This document shows, piece by piece, positions 28,415 to 42,579 of a stretch of 64,000 bases of DNA (position 1 is the stretch's first letter; every line of letters begins with the position of its first letter). Made by a program: the position numbers and the translations under genes. The stretch covers positions 29,248,001 through 29,312,000 of the forward strand of contig CP086569.2 of assembly GCA_009914755.4 (NCBI GenBank), written 5' to 3'. This DNA comes from the human T2T-CHM13v2.0 reference genome, Homo sapiens. The notes under the pieces were generated by a model. It was given only the letters and a program-made list of their open reading frames with translations. It did not search any database and was not told the origin of the DNA.

Positions 28415-31400
28415 TAATGAAACGGAAAGGAAAGGAATGGAATGGAATGGAATGGGCTGGAATGGAAAGGAATCGAAACGAATGGAATGGAATCGAACTG
28501 AAGAGAGTGGAATGGAATGCACTGGAATGGAAGGGAGTGTAATGGAAGGTTCTCGAAAATAATGGAATCGAATGGAATGGAATTGAATGGAACGGAATAG
28601 AGTCAAATGGAATTGAATGGAATGGAATGGACTAGAGTGAAATGGAATCGAACCACAAGGAATGAACAGGAATAGAATGGTCTCGAATTTAATGGAATCG
28701 TATGGAATGGCATCAAACGGAATGGAATGGACAGCCACGGAATGGAATGCACTCGAATGCAATGGAGTCGAAACTTATGGACTGGAATAGAATGGACTCG
28801 ACTGGTACGGACTCCAATGGAATGGAATCGAATGGAAGGGATTCGAACGGAATGGACTCGAAGGGAAAAGACTGCAATGGAAAGGTCTCGAATGGAATGG
28901 AATGGAATCGAATGAAATGGAGTCAAAAGGAATGGAATCGAATGGCAAGAAATCGAATGTAATGGAATCGCAAGGAATTGATGTGAACGGAACGGAATGG
29001 AATGGAATCCAAAGGAATGGAATAGAATGGAATGGAATCGAATGGAAAGGACTCGAATGGAAATCACTCGAGTAGAATGCAATTTAATAAAATAGGATCA
29101 AATGTAATGGAATGGAATGGAAAGGAATCGAAACGAAAGGAATGGAGACAGATGGAATGGAATGGAACAGAGAGCAATGGTATAGAATGGAATGGAATCA
29201 TCTGGAATGGAATTGAATGGAATGGAATAATATGAAATGGAATGGAATGGAATGGAATGGAATGCCCTTGAATTAAATGGACTGGAATGGAATGGACTCG
29301 AACAGAGTGGAATGGAAAGTGTTGAGATAGAATGGAATGGACTCCTTTGGAATGGTGTAGTATGCAATGCAATCGACTGGCAGGGAATCAAAAGGAATGT
29401 AATCGAATGGATTCTACTGGAATGCAATGGACTCGAATAGATTGGAAACGGAATGCAAAGGAATGGAATGGAATAGTATGGAATGGAATGGAAAGGAATG
29501 GAGTGGAATAGACTAGAGTGGAATGGAATGGACTGGAAAGCAATGGACTGGAATGGAACTTTCTTGAATGGACTGGAATCAAACGGAATGGAATGCAATG
29601 CAATCAAATGGCATGGAATAAAATAGAATGAAAGAGAATCAAATGGAATTGAATCGAATGGAATCGAATGGATTGGAAAGGAATAGAATGGAATGGAATG
29701 GAATTGACTCAAATGGAATGGACTAGAATGGAATGGATTCGAATGGAAGGCAAAGGAATGGAATCTATTGGAATGGACTGTAATGGAATGGAATGGAAGG
29801 GATTGGAATGGACTCGAATGGAATGGACTGCAATAGAAAGGATTCGAATGGAATGAAAAAGAATTGAATGGAATAGAACAGAATGGAATCAAATCGAATG
29901 AAATGGAATGGAATAGAAAGGAATGGAATGAAATGGAATGGAAAGGATTCGAATGGAATGCAATCGAATGGAATGGAATCGAACGGAATGGAATAAAATG
30001 GAAGAAAACTGGCAAGAAATGGAATCGAAATGAATGGAGTGTTATGGAACGGACTCAAAAGGAATTGAATGTAATAGAATGGAGTGGAGTGGACTCGAAT
30101 ATAATGGACTGGAATGGAATGAAATCACATGGAATGGGAACGAATGGAATGGAATGGAAAGGAATGGAATCGAATGGAAAGGAATCGAATGGAAGGGAAT
30201 GAAATTGAATCAACAGGAATGGAAGGGAATAGAATAGACGGTAATGGAATGGACTCGAATAGAATGGACACGAATGCTCAAATTGAATGGACTCGAATGG
30301 AATGGAAACGAAAGGAATGTCATCGAATGGAATTGAATCGATTGGAATGAAATCGCATAGAATGGAGTGGAATCAAATGGAATTGAATCGAAAGGAAAGG
30401 AAGCGAATGGACTGAAATGAAATGGAATGGAATTGAATGGAAAGTAATGCAATGGAATAGAATGGAACGAAATTTCACGGAATGGAATCAAACTGAATGG
30501 AATCAAATCAATGGAATCTAATCAAATGGAATGGAAAGGAATTGAATGGAGTAGATTGGATTGGATGGGATTGGAATGAAATGTACTGGAAAGGACTCGA
30601 ATTTCATGAAACGGAATGGAATGAATTGGAACGGAATGGACTCGAATGGAATGGAATGTCATGGAATGGCATCAAATGGAATGGCATCAAATGGAATGGA
30701 ATCGAATGCAATGGAATGCTATGGAATGGAATGGAATGCATTGGAATGGAATGTCCTCTAATGGAATGGATGCGAGTGGAATGGAATCGAATATAATGGA
30801 GTCGAATGAAATGGAATTGAAAGGAATGGGACCGAATACAATGGAATATACTGGAATGTAATGTAATGAACTCGAATGTAATTGACTGGAATGGAATGTA
30901 CATGAATGGAATGTAATCGAATGGAAAGTAATCCAATGGAATAGAATCTAATGCAATAAAATCGACTCAGATAGAGTAGAATGTAATGGAATGGAGTGCA
31001 GTGCAATGGAATGGAATGGAATGGAATGCAATGGAATGGAATGGAATGGAATGGAATGGGATGGAATGGGATGGAATGGATAGTAATGGACTGGAGTGAA
31101 ATGGACTGGAAAGGAATGGACTCAAATTGAAAGGGCTCGAAAGGAATGGAGACAAATGGAATGGTCTGGAATGGAATGAACACGAATGTAATGCAATCCA
31201 ATACAATGGAGTCGAATGGCATGGAATATAAAGAAATGGAATCGAAGAGAATGGAAACAAATGGAATGGAATTGAATGGAATGGAATTGAATGGAATGGG
31301 AACGAATGGAGTGAAATTGTATGCAGTAGAAGAGAATAGAATGGAATGCAAGCGAAAGGAAAGGAATGGATTGGAATGGAATGGAATTCATTGGAATGGA

Positions 31401-31947
31401 AGGGAATGTAGTGTAATGGACAGGCCTGGAATAAAGTGGAATGCTACGGTCTCGAATGGAATAAAAATGTATGGAATGGAATGCAATGAAACGGAATCGA
31501 ATGTCATAGAATGTAATGGAATGCAAAAAAATGGAATCCAAATCATTGACTGGAAAGGCTGGGTGTCGAAAGGAATTGACTCCAATGGAATGGAATCGAA
31601 TGGAATGGAAGTGAATAGAATCGAACTAAATCGAATGGAATGGAATTGATAAGAACGGAATGGAAAGGAATGCAATGATTTGGCATGGAATGGAATCGAA
31701 TGGCATCGAATGGAATGGAATGGAATGCAATGGAATGGAATGTATTAGAATGTAATGAACTTTAATGGAATGTACTCGAATGGATTCGACTGGAATGGAA
31801 TGTTCGGGAAGTGAATGGACTCCAATGGAATGGATTCAAAAAGTATGGAATCGTACGGAATGGAATCTAATGGAATGGAATTAAATGGAAATGAATCAAA
31901 TTGAATAGCACGGAATTGAATTGAATGGAATCGAATGCAATGGAATC
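28415..31947 (+). repeat. HOR copy 9 (3533 bp); carries a 15-bp deletion near 28890-28905 and the CTCGAG variant at 29067
   Basis: Landmark at 28415 and 31948. Shares private variants with copy 10. Confidence 0.85.
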
Positions 31948-34900
31948 TAATGAAACGGAAAGGAAAGGAATGGAATGGAATGGAATGGGCTGGAATGGAA
32001 AGGAATCGAAACGAATGGAATGGAATCGAACTGAAGAGAGTGGAATGGAATGCACTGGAATGGAAGGGAGTGTAATGGAAGGTTCTCGAAAAAAATGGAA
32101 TCGAATGGAATGGAATTGAGTGGAACGGAATAGAGTCGAATGGAATTGAATGGAATGGAATGGACTAGAGTGAAATGAAATCGAACCACAAGGAATGGAC
32201 AGGAATAGAATGGTCTCGAATTGAATGGAATCGTATGGAATGGCATCAAACGGAATGGAATGGACAGCCACGGAATGGAATGCACTCGAATGCAATGGAG
32301 TCGAAACTTATGGACTAGAATAGAATGGACTCGACTGGTACGGACTCCAATGGAATGGAATCGAATGGAAGGGAATCGAACGGAATGGACTCGAAGGGAA
32401 AAGACTGCAATGGAAAGGTCTCGAATGGAATGGAAATTAATGGAATGGAATGGAATCGAATGAAATGGAGTCAAAAGGAATGGAATCGAATGGCAAGAAA
32501 TCGAATGTAATGGAATCGCAAGGAATTGATGTGAACGGAACGGAATGGAATGGAATCCAAAGGAATGGAATAGAATGGAATGGAATCGAATGGAAAGGAC
32601 TCGAATGGAAATCACTCGAGTAGAATGCAATTTAATAAAATAGGATCAAATGTAATGGAATGGAATGGAAAGGAATCGAAACGAAAGGAATGGAGACAGA
32701 TGGAATGGAATGGAACAGAGAGCAATGGTATAGAATGGAATGGAATCATCTGGAATGGAATTGAATGGAATGGAATAATATGAAATGGAATGGAATGGAA
32801 TGGAATGGAATGCCCTTGAATTAAATGGACTGGAATGGAATGGACTCGAACAGAGTGGAATGGAAAGTGTTGAGATAGAATGGAATGGACTCCTTTGGAA
32901 TGGTGTAGTATGCAATGCAATCGACTGGCAGGGAATCAAAAGGAATGAAATCGAATGGATTCGACTGGAATGCCATGGACTCGAATAGATTGGAAACGGA
33001 ATGCAAAGGAATGGAATGGAATAGTATGGAATGGAATGGAAAGGAATGGAGTGGAATAGACTAGAGTGGAATGGAATGGACTGGAAAGCAATGGACTGGA
33101 ATGGAACTTTCTTGAATGGACTGGAATCAAACGGAATGGAATGCAATGCAATCAAATGGCATGGAATAAAATAGAATGAAAGAGAATCAAATGGAATTGA
33201 ACCGAATGGAATCGAATGGATTGGAAAGGAATAGAATGGAATGGAATGGAATTGACTCAAATGGAATGGACTAGAATGGAATGGATTCGAATGGAAGGCA
33301 AAGGAATGGAATCTATTGGAATGGACTGTAATGGAATGGAATGGAAGGGATTGGAATGGACTCGAATGGAATGGACTGCAATAGAAAGGATTCGAATGGA
33401 ATGAAAAAGAATTGAATGGAATAGAACAGAATGGAATCAAATCGAATGAAATGGAATGGAATAGAAAGGAATGGAATGAAATGGAATGGAAAGGATTCGA
33501 ATGGAATGCAATCGAATGGAATGGAATCGAACGGAATGGAATAAAATGGAAGAAAACTGGCAAGAAATGGAATCGAAATGAATGGAGTGTTATGGAACGG
33601 ACTCAAAAGGAATTGAATGTAATAGAATGGAGTGGAGTGGACTCGAATATAATGGACTGGAATGGAATGAAATCACATGGAATAGGAACGAATGGAATGG
33701 AATGGAAAGGAATGGAATCGAATGGAAAGGAATCGAATGGAAGGGAATGAAATTGAATCAACAGGAATGGAAGGGAATAGAATAGACGGTAATGGAATGG
33801 ACTCGAATAGAATGGACACGAATGCTCAAATTGAATGGACTCGAATGGAATGGAAACGAAAGGAATGTCATCGAATGGAATTGAATCGATTGGAATGAAA
33901 TCGCATAGAATGGAGTGGAATCAAATGGAATTGAATCGAAAGGAAAGGAAGCGAATGGACTGAAATGAAATGGAATGGAATTGAATGGAAAGTAATGCAA
34001 TGGAATAGAATGGAACGAAATTTCACGGAATGGAATCAAACTGAATGGAATCAAATCAATGGAATCAAATCAAATGGAATGGAAAGGAATTGAATGGAGT
34101 AGATGGGATTGGATGGGATTGGAATGAAATGTACTGGAAAGGACTCGAATTTCATGAAACGGAATGGAATGAATTGGAACGGAATGGACTCGAATGGAAT
34201 GGAATGTCATGGAATGGCATCAAATGGAATGGCATCAAATGGAATGGAATCGAATGCAATGGAATGCTATGGAATGGAATGGAATGCATTGGAATGGAAT
34301 GTCCTCTAATGGAATGGATTAGAGTGGAATGGAATCGAATATAATAGAGTCGAATGAAATAGAATTGAAAGGAATGGGATCGAATACAATGGAATATACT
34401 GGAATGTAACGTAATGAACTCGAATGTAATTGACTGGAAAGGAATGTACATGAATGGAATGTAATCGAATGAAAAGTAATCCAATGGAATAGAATCTAAT
34501 GCAATAAAATCGACTCAAATAGAGTAGAATGTAATGGAATGGAGTGCAGTGCAATGGAATTTAATGGAATGGAATGCAATGGAATGGAATGGAATGGAAT
34601 GGAATGGGATGGAATGGTATGGAATGGATAGTAATGGACTGGAGTGAAATGGACTGGAAAGGAATGGATTCAAATTGAAAGGGCTCGAAAGGAATGGAGT
34701 CAAATGGAATGGTCTGGAATGGAATGAACACGAATGTAATGCAATCCAATAGAATGGAATCGAATGGCATGGAATATAAAGAAATGGAATCGAAGAGAAT
34801 GGAAACAAATGGAATGGAATTGAATGGAATGGAATTGAATGGAATGGGAACGAATGGAGTGAAATTGTATGCAGTAGAAGAGAATAGAATGGAATGCAAG

Positions 34901-35496
34901 CGAAAGGAAAGGAATGGATTGGAATGGAATGGAATTCATTGGAATGGAAGGGAATGTAGTGTAATGGACAGGCCTGGAATAAAGTGGAATGCTACGGTCT
35001 CGAATGGAATAAAAATGTATGGAATGGAATGCAATGAAACGGAATCGAATGTCATAGAATGTAATGGAATGCAAAAAAATGGAATCCAAAATCATTGACT
35101 GGAAAGGCTGGGTGTCGAAAGGAATTGACTCCAATGGAATGGAATCGAATGGAATGGAAGTGAATAGAATCGAACTAAATCGAATGGAATGGAATTGATA
35201 GGAACGGATTGGAAAGGAATGCAATGATTTGGCATGGAATGGAATCGAATGGCATCGAATGGAATGGAATGGAATGCAATGGAATGGAATGTATTAGAAT
35301 GTAATGAACTTTAATGGAATGTACTCGAATGGATTCGACTGGAATGGAATGTTCTGGAAGTGAATGGACTCCAATGGAATGGATTCAAAAGGAATGGAAT
35401 CGTACGGAATGGAATCTAATGGAATGGAATTAAATGGAAATGAATCAAATTGAATAGCACGGAATTGAATTGAATGGAATCGAATGCAATGGAATC
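31948..35496 (+). repeat. HOR copy 10 (3549 bp); CTCGAG variant at 32615
   Basis: Landmark at 31948 and 35497. Confidence 0.85.
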
Positions 35497-38400
35497 TAAT
35501 GAAACGGAAAGGAAAGGAATGGAATGGAATGGAATGGAATGGGCTGGAATGGAAAGGAATCGAAACGAATGGAATGGAATCGAACTGAAGAGACTGGAAT
35601 GGAATGCACTGGAATGGAAGGGAGTGTAATGGAAGGTTCTCGAAAAAAATGGAATCGAATGGAATGGAATTGAATGGAACGGAATAGAGTCGAATGGAAT
35701 TGAATGGAATGGAATGGACTAGAGTGAAATGGAATCGAACCACAAGGAATGGACAGGAATAGAATGGTCTCGAATTGAATGGAATCGTATGGAATGGCAT
35801 CAAACGGAATGGAATGGACAGCCACAGAATGGAATGCACTCGAATGCAATGGAGTCGAAACTAATGGACTGGAATAGAATGGACTCGACTGGTACGGACT
35901 CCAATGGAATGGAATCGAATGGAAGGGAATCGAACGGAATGGACTCGAAGGGAAAAGACTGCAATGGAAAGGTCTCGAATGGAATGGAAATTAATGGAAT
36001 GGAATGGAATCGAATGAAATGGAGTCAAAAGGAATGGAATCGAATGGCAAGAAATCGAATGTAATGGAATCGCAAGGAATTGATGTGAACGGAACGGAAT
36101 GGAATGGAATCCAAAGGAATGGAATAGAATGGAATGGAATCGAATGGAAAGGACTCGAATGGAAATCACTCGAATAGAATGCAATTTAATAAAATAGGAT
36201 CAAATGTAATGGGATGGAATGGAAAGGAATCGAAACGAAAGGAATGGAGACAGATGGAATGGAATGGAACAGAGAGCAATGGTATAGAATGGAATGGAAT
36301 CATCTGGAATGGAATTGAATGGAATGGAATAATATGAAATGGAATGGAATGGAATGGAATGGAATGCCCTTGAATTAAATGGACTGGAATGGAATGGACT
36401 CGAACAGAGTGGAATGGAAAGTGTTGAGATAGAATGGAATGGACTCCTTTGGAATGGTGTAGTATGCAATGCAATCGACTGGCAGGGAATCAAAAGGAAT
36501 GTAATGGAATGGATTGGACTGGAATGCAATGGACTCGAATAGATTGGAAACGGAATGCAAAGGAATGGAATGGAATAGTATGGAATGGAATGGAAAGGAA
36601 TGGAGTGGAATAGACTAGAGTGGAATGGAATGGACTGGAAAGCAATGGACTGGAATGGAACTTTCTTGAATGGACTGGAATCAAACGGAATGGAATGCAA
36701 TGCAATCAAATGGCATGGAATAAAATAGAATGAAAGAGAATCAAATGGAATTGAATCGAATGGATTGGAAAGGAATAGAATGGAATGGAATGGAATTGAC
36801 TCAAATGGAATGGACTAGAATGGAATGGATTCGAATGGAAGGCAAAGGAATGGAATCTATTGGAATGGACTGTAATGGAATGGAATGGAAGGGATTGGAA
36901 TGGACTCGAATGGAATGGACTGCAATAGAAAGGATTCGAATGGAATGAAAAAGAATTGAATGGAATAGAACAGAATGGAATCAAATCGAATGAAATGGAA
37001 TGGAATAGAAAGGAATGGAATGAAATGGAATGGAAAGGATTCGAATGGAATGCAATCGAATGGAATGGAATCGAACGGAATGGAATAAAATGGAAGAAAA
37101 CTGGCAAGAAATGGAATCGAAATGAATGGAGTGTTATGGAACGGACTCAAAAGGAATTGAATGTAATAGAATGGAGTGGAGTGGACTCGAATATAATGGA
37201 CTGGAATGGAATGAAATCACATGGAATGGGAACGAATGGAATGGAATGGAAAGGAATGGAATCGAATGGAAAGGAATCGAATGGAAGGGAATGAAATTGA
37301 ATCAACAGGAATGGAAGGGAATAGAATAGACGGTAATGGAATGGACTCGAATAGAATGGACACGAATGCTCAAATTGAATGGACTCGAATGGAATGGAAA
37401 CGAAAGGAATGTCATCGAATGGAATTGAATCGATTGGAATGAAATCGCATAGAATGGAGTGGAATCAAATGGAATTGAATCGAAAGGAAAGGAAGCGAAT
37501 GGACTGAAATGAAATGGAATGGAATTGAATGGAAAGTAATGCAATGGAATAGAATGGAACGAAATTTCACGGAATGGAATCAAACTGAATGGAATCAAAT
37601 GAATGGAATCTAATCAAATGGAATGGAAAGGAATTGAATGGAGTAGATTGGATTGGATGGGATTGGAATGAAATGTACTGGAAAGGACTCGAATTTCATG
37701 AAACGGAATGGAATGAATTGGAACGGAATGGACTCGAATGGAATGGAATGTCATGGAATGGCATCAAATGGAATGGCATCAAATGGAATGGAATCGAATG
37801 CAATGGAATGCTATGGAATGGAATGGAATGCATTGGAATGGAATGTCCTCTAATGGAATGGATTCGAGTGGAATGGAATCGAATATAATAGAGTCGAATG
37901 AAATAGAATTGAAAGGAATGGGATCGAATACAATGGAATATACTGGAATGTAACGTAATGAACTCGAATGTAATTGACTGGAATGGAATGTACATGAATG
38001 GAATGTAATCGAATGGAAAGTAATCCAATGGAATAGAATCTAATGCAATAAAATCGACTCAAATAGAGTAGAATGTAATGGAATGGAGTGCAGTGCAATG
38101 GAATGGAATGGAATGGAATGCAATGGAATGGAATGGAATGGGATGGAATGGTATGGAATGGATAGTAATGGACTGGAGTGAAATGGAGTGGAAAGGAATG
38201 GACTCAAATTGAAAGGGCTCGAAAGGAATGGAGTCAAATGGAATGGTCTGGAATGGAATGAACACGAATGTAATGCAATCCAATAGAATGGAATCGAATG
38301 GCATGGAACATAAAGAAATGGAATCGAAGAGAATGGAAACAAATGGAATGGAATTGAATGGAATGGAATTGAATGGAATGGGAACGAATGGAGTGAAATT

Positions 38401-39030
38401 GTATGCAGTAGAAGAGAATAGAATGGAATGCAAGCGAAAGGAAAGGAATGGATTGGAATGGAATGGAATTCATTGGAATGGAAGGGAATGTAGTGTAATG
38501 GACAGGCCTGGAATAAAGTGGAATGCTACGGTCTCGAATGGAATAAAAATGTATGGAATGGAATGCAATGAAACGGAATCGAATGTCATAGAATGTAATG
38601 GAATGCAAAAAAATGGAATCCAAAATCATTGACTGGAAAGGCTGGGTGTCGAAAGGAATTGACTCCAATGGAATGGAATCGAATGGAATGGAAGTGAATA
38701 GAATCGAACTAAATCGAATGGAATGGAATTGATAGGAACGGAATGGAAAAGAATGCAATGATTTGGCATGGAATGGAATCGAATGGCATCGAATGGAATG
38801 GAAAGGAATGCAATGGAATGGAATGTATTAGAATGTAATGAACTTTAATGGAATGTACTCGAATGGATTCGACTGGAATGGAATGTTCTGGAAGTGAATG
38901 GGCTCCAATGGAATGGATTCAAAAGGAATGGAATCGTACGGAATGGAATCTAATGGAATGGAATTAAATGGAAATGAATCAAATTGAATAGCACGGAATT
39001 GAATTGAATGGAATCGAATGCAATGGAATC
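35497..39030 (+). repeat. HOR copy 11 (3534 bp); 10-bp deletion near 36765
   Basis: Landmark at 35497 and 39031. Confidence 0.85.
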
Positions 39031-42000
39031 TAATGAAACGGAAAGGAATGGAGTGCAATGGAATGGAATGGAATGGGCTGGAATGGAAAGGAATCGAAAC
39101 GAATGGAATGGAATCGAACTGAAGAGACTGGAATGGAATGCACTGGAATGGAAGGGAGTGTAATGGAAGGTTCTCGACAAAAATGGAATCGAATGGAATG
39201 GAATTGAATGGAACGGAATAGGGTCTAATGGAATTGAATGGAATGGAATGGACTAGAGTGAAATGGAATCGAACCACAAGGAATGGACAGGAATAGAATG
39301 GTCTCGAATTGAATGGAATCGTATGGAATGGCATCAAACGGAATGGAATGGACAGCCACGGAATGGAATGCACTCGAATGCAATGGAGTCGAAACTAATG
39401 GACTGGAATAGAATGGACTCGACTGGTACGGACTCCAATGGAATGGAATCGAATGGAAGGGAATCGAACGGAATGGACTCGAAGGGAAAAGACTGCAATG
39501 GAAAGGTCTCGAATGGAATGGAAATTAATGGAATGGAATGGAATCGAATGAAATGGAGTCAAAAGGAATGGAATCGAATGGCAAGAAATCGAATGTAATG
39601 GAATCGCAAGGAATTGATGTGAACGGAACAGAATGGAATGGAATCCAAAGGAATGGAATAGAATGGAATGGAATCGAATGGAAAGGACTCGAATGGAAAT
39701 CACTCGAATAGAATGCAATTTAATAAAATAGGATCAAATGTAATGGAATGGAATGGAAAGGAATCGAAACGAAAGGAATGGAGACAGATGGAATGGAATG
39801 GAACAGAGAGCAATGGTATAGAATGGAATGGAATCATCTGGAATGGAATTGAATGGAATGGAATAATATGAAATGGAATGGAATGGAATGGAATGGAATG
39901 CCCTTGAATTAAATGGACTGGAATGGAATGGACTCGAACAGAGTGGAATGGAAAGTGTTGAGATAGAATGGAATGGACTCCTTTGGAATGGTCTAGTATG
40001 CAATGCAATCGACTGGCAGGGAATCAAAAGGAATGTAATCGAATGGATTGGACTGGAATGCAATGGACTCGAATAGATTGGAAACGGAATGCAAAGGAAT
40101 GGAATGGAATAGTATGGAATGGAATGGAAAGGAATGGAGTGGAATAGACTAGAGTGGAATGGAATGGACTGGAAAGCAATGGACTGGAATGGAACTTTCT
40201 TGAATGGACTGGAATCAAGCGGAATGGAATGCAATGCAATCAAATGGCATGGAATAAAATAGAATGAAAGAGAATCAAATGGAATTGAATCGAATGGAAT
40301 CGAATGGATTGGAAAGGAATAGAATGGAATGGAATGGAATGGACTAGAATGGAATGGATTCGAATGGAAGGCAAAGGAATGGAATCTATTGGAATGGACT
40401 GTAATGGAATGGAATGGAAGGGATTGGAATGGACTCGAATGGAATGGACTGCAATAGAAAGGATTCGAATGGAATGAAAAAGAATTGAATGGAATAGAAC
40501 AGAATGGAATCAAATCGAATGAAATGGAATGGAATAGAAAGGAATGGAATGAAATGGAATGGAAAGGATTCGAATGGAATGCAATCGAATGGAATGGAAT
40601 CGAACGGAATGGAATAAAATGGAAGAAAACTGGCAAGAAATGGAATCGAAATGAATGGAGTGTTATGGAACGGACTCAAAAGGAATTGAATGTAATAGAA
40701 TGGAGTGGAGTGGACTCGAATATAATGGACTGGAATGGAATGAAATCACATGGAATGGGAACGAATGGAATGGAATGGAAAGGAATGGAATCGAATGGAA
40801 AGGAATCGAATGGAAGGGAATGAAATTGAATCAACAGGAATGGAAGGGAATAGAATAGACGGTAATGGAATGGACTCGAATAGAATGGACACGAATGCTC
40901 AAATTGAATGGACTCGAATGGAATGGAAACGAAAGGAATGTCATCGAATGGAATTGAATCGATTGGAATGAAATCGCATAGAATGGAGTGGAATCAAATG
41001 GAATTGAATCGAAAGGAAAGGAAGCGAATGGACTGAAATGAAATGGAATGGAATTGAATGGAAAGTAATGCAATGGAATAGAATGGAACGAAATTTCACG
41101 GAATGGAATCAAACTGAATGGAATCAAATCAATGGAATCAAATCAAATGGAATGGAAAGGAATTGAATGGAGTAGATTGGATTGGATGGGATTGGAATGA
41201 AATGTACTGGAAAGGACTCGAATTTCATGAAACGGAATGGAATGAATTGGAACGGAATGGACTCGAATGGAATGGAATGTCACGGAATGGCATCAAATGG
41301 AATGGCATCAAATGGAATGGAATCGAATGCAATGGAATGCTATGGAATGGAATGGAATGCATTGGAATGGAAGGTCCTCTAATGGAATGGATTCGAGTGG
41401 AATGGAATCGAATATAATGGAGTCGAATGAAATGGAATTGAAAGGAATGGGATCGAATACAATGGAATATACAGGAATGTAATGTAATGAACTCGAATGT
41501 AATTGACTGGAATGGAATGTACATGAATGGAATGTAATCGAATGGAAAGTAATCCAATGGAATAGAATCTAATGCAATAAAATCGACTCAGATAGAGTAG
41601 AATGTAATGGAATGGAGTGCAGTGCAATGGAATGGAATGGAATGGAATGCAATGGAATGGAATGGAATGGAATGGAATGGAATGGAATGGGATGGAATGG
41701 TATGGAATGGATAGTAATGGACTGGAGTGAAATGGACTGGAAAGGAATGGATTCAAATTGAAAGGGCTCGAAAGGAATGGAGTCAAATGGAATGGTCTGG
41801 AATGGAATGAACACGAATGTAATGCAATCCAATAGAATGGAATCGAACGGCATGGAATATAAAGAAATGGAATTGAAGAGAATGGAAACAAATGGAATGG
41901 AATTGAATGGAATGGAATTGAATGGAATGGGAACGAATGGAGTGAAATTGTATGCAGTAGAAGAGAATAGAATGGAATGCAAGCGAAAGGAAAGGAATGG

Positions 42001-42579
42001 ATTGGAATGGAATGGAATTCATTGGAATGGAAGGGAATGTAGTGTAATGGACAGGCCTGGAATAAAGTGGAATGCTACGGTCTCGAATGGAATAAAAATG
42101 TATGGAATGGAATGCAATGAAACGGAATCGAATGTCATAGAATGTAATGGAATGCAAAAAAATGGAATCCAAAATCATTGACTGGAAAGGCTGGGTGTCG
42201 AAAGGAATTGACTCCAATGGAATGGAATCGAATGGAATGGAAGTGAATAGAATCGAACTAAATCGAATGGAATGGAATTGATAGGAACGGATTGGAAAGG
42301 AATGCAATGATTTGGCATGGAATGGAATCGAATGGCATCGAATGGAATGGAATGGAATGCAATGGAATGGAATGTATTAGAATGTAATGAACTTTAATGG
42401 AATGTACTCGAATGGATTCGACTGGAATGGAATGTTCTGGAAGTGAATGGACTCCAATGGAATGGATTCAAAAGGAATGGAATCGTACGGAATGGAATCT
42501 AATGGAATGGAATTAAATGGAAATGAATCAAATTGAATAGCACGGAATTGAATTGAATGGAATGGAATGCAATGGAATC
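39031..42579 (+). repeat. HOR copy 12 (3549 bp); 15-bp deletion near 40340
   Basis: Landmark at 39031 and 42580. Confidence 0.85.
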
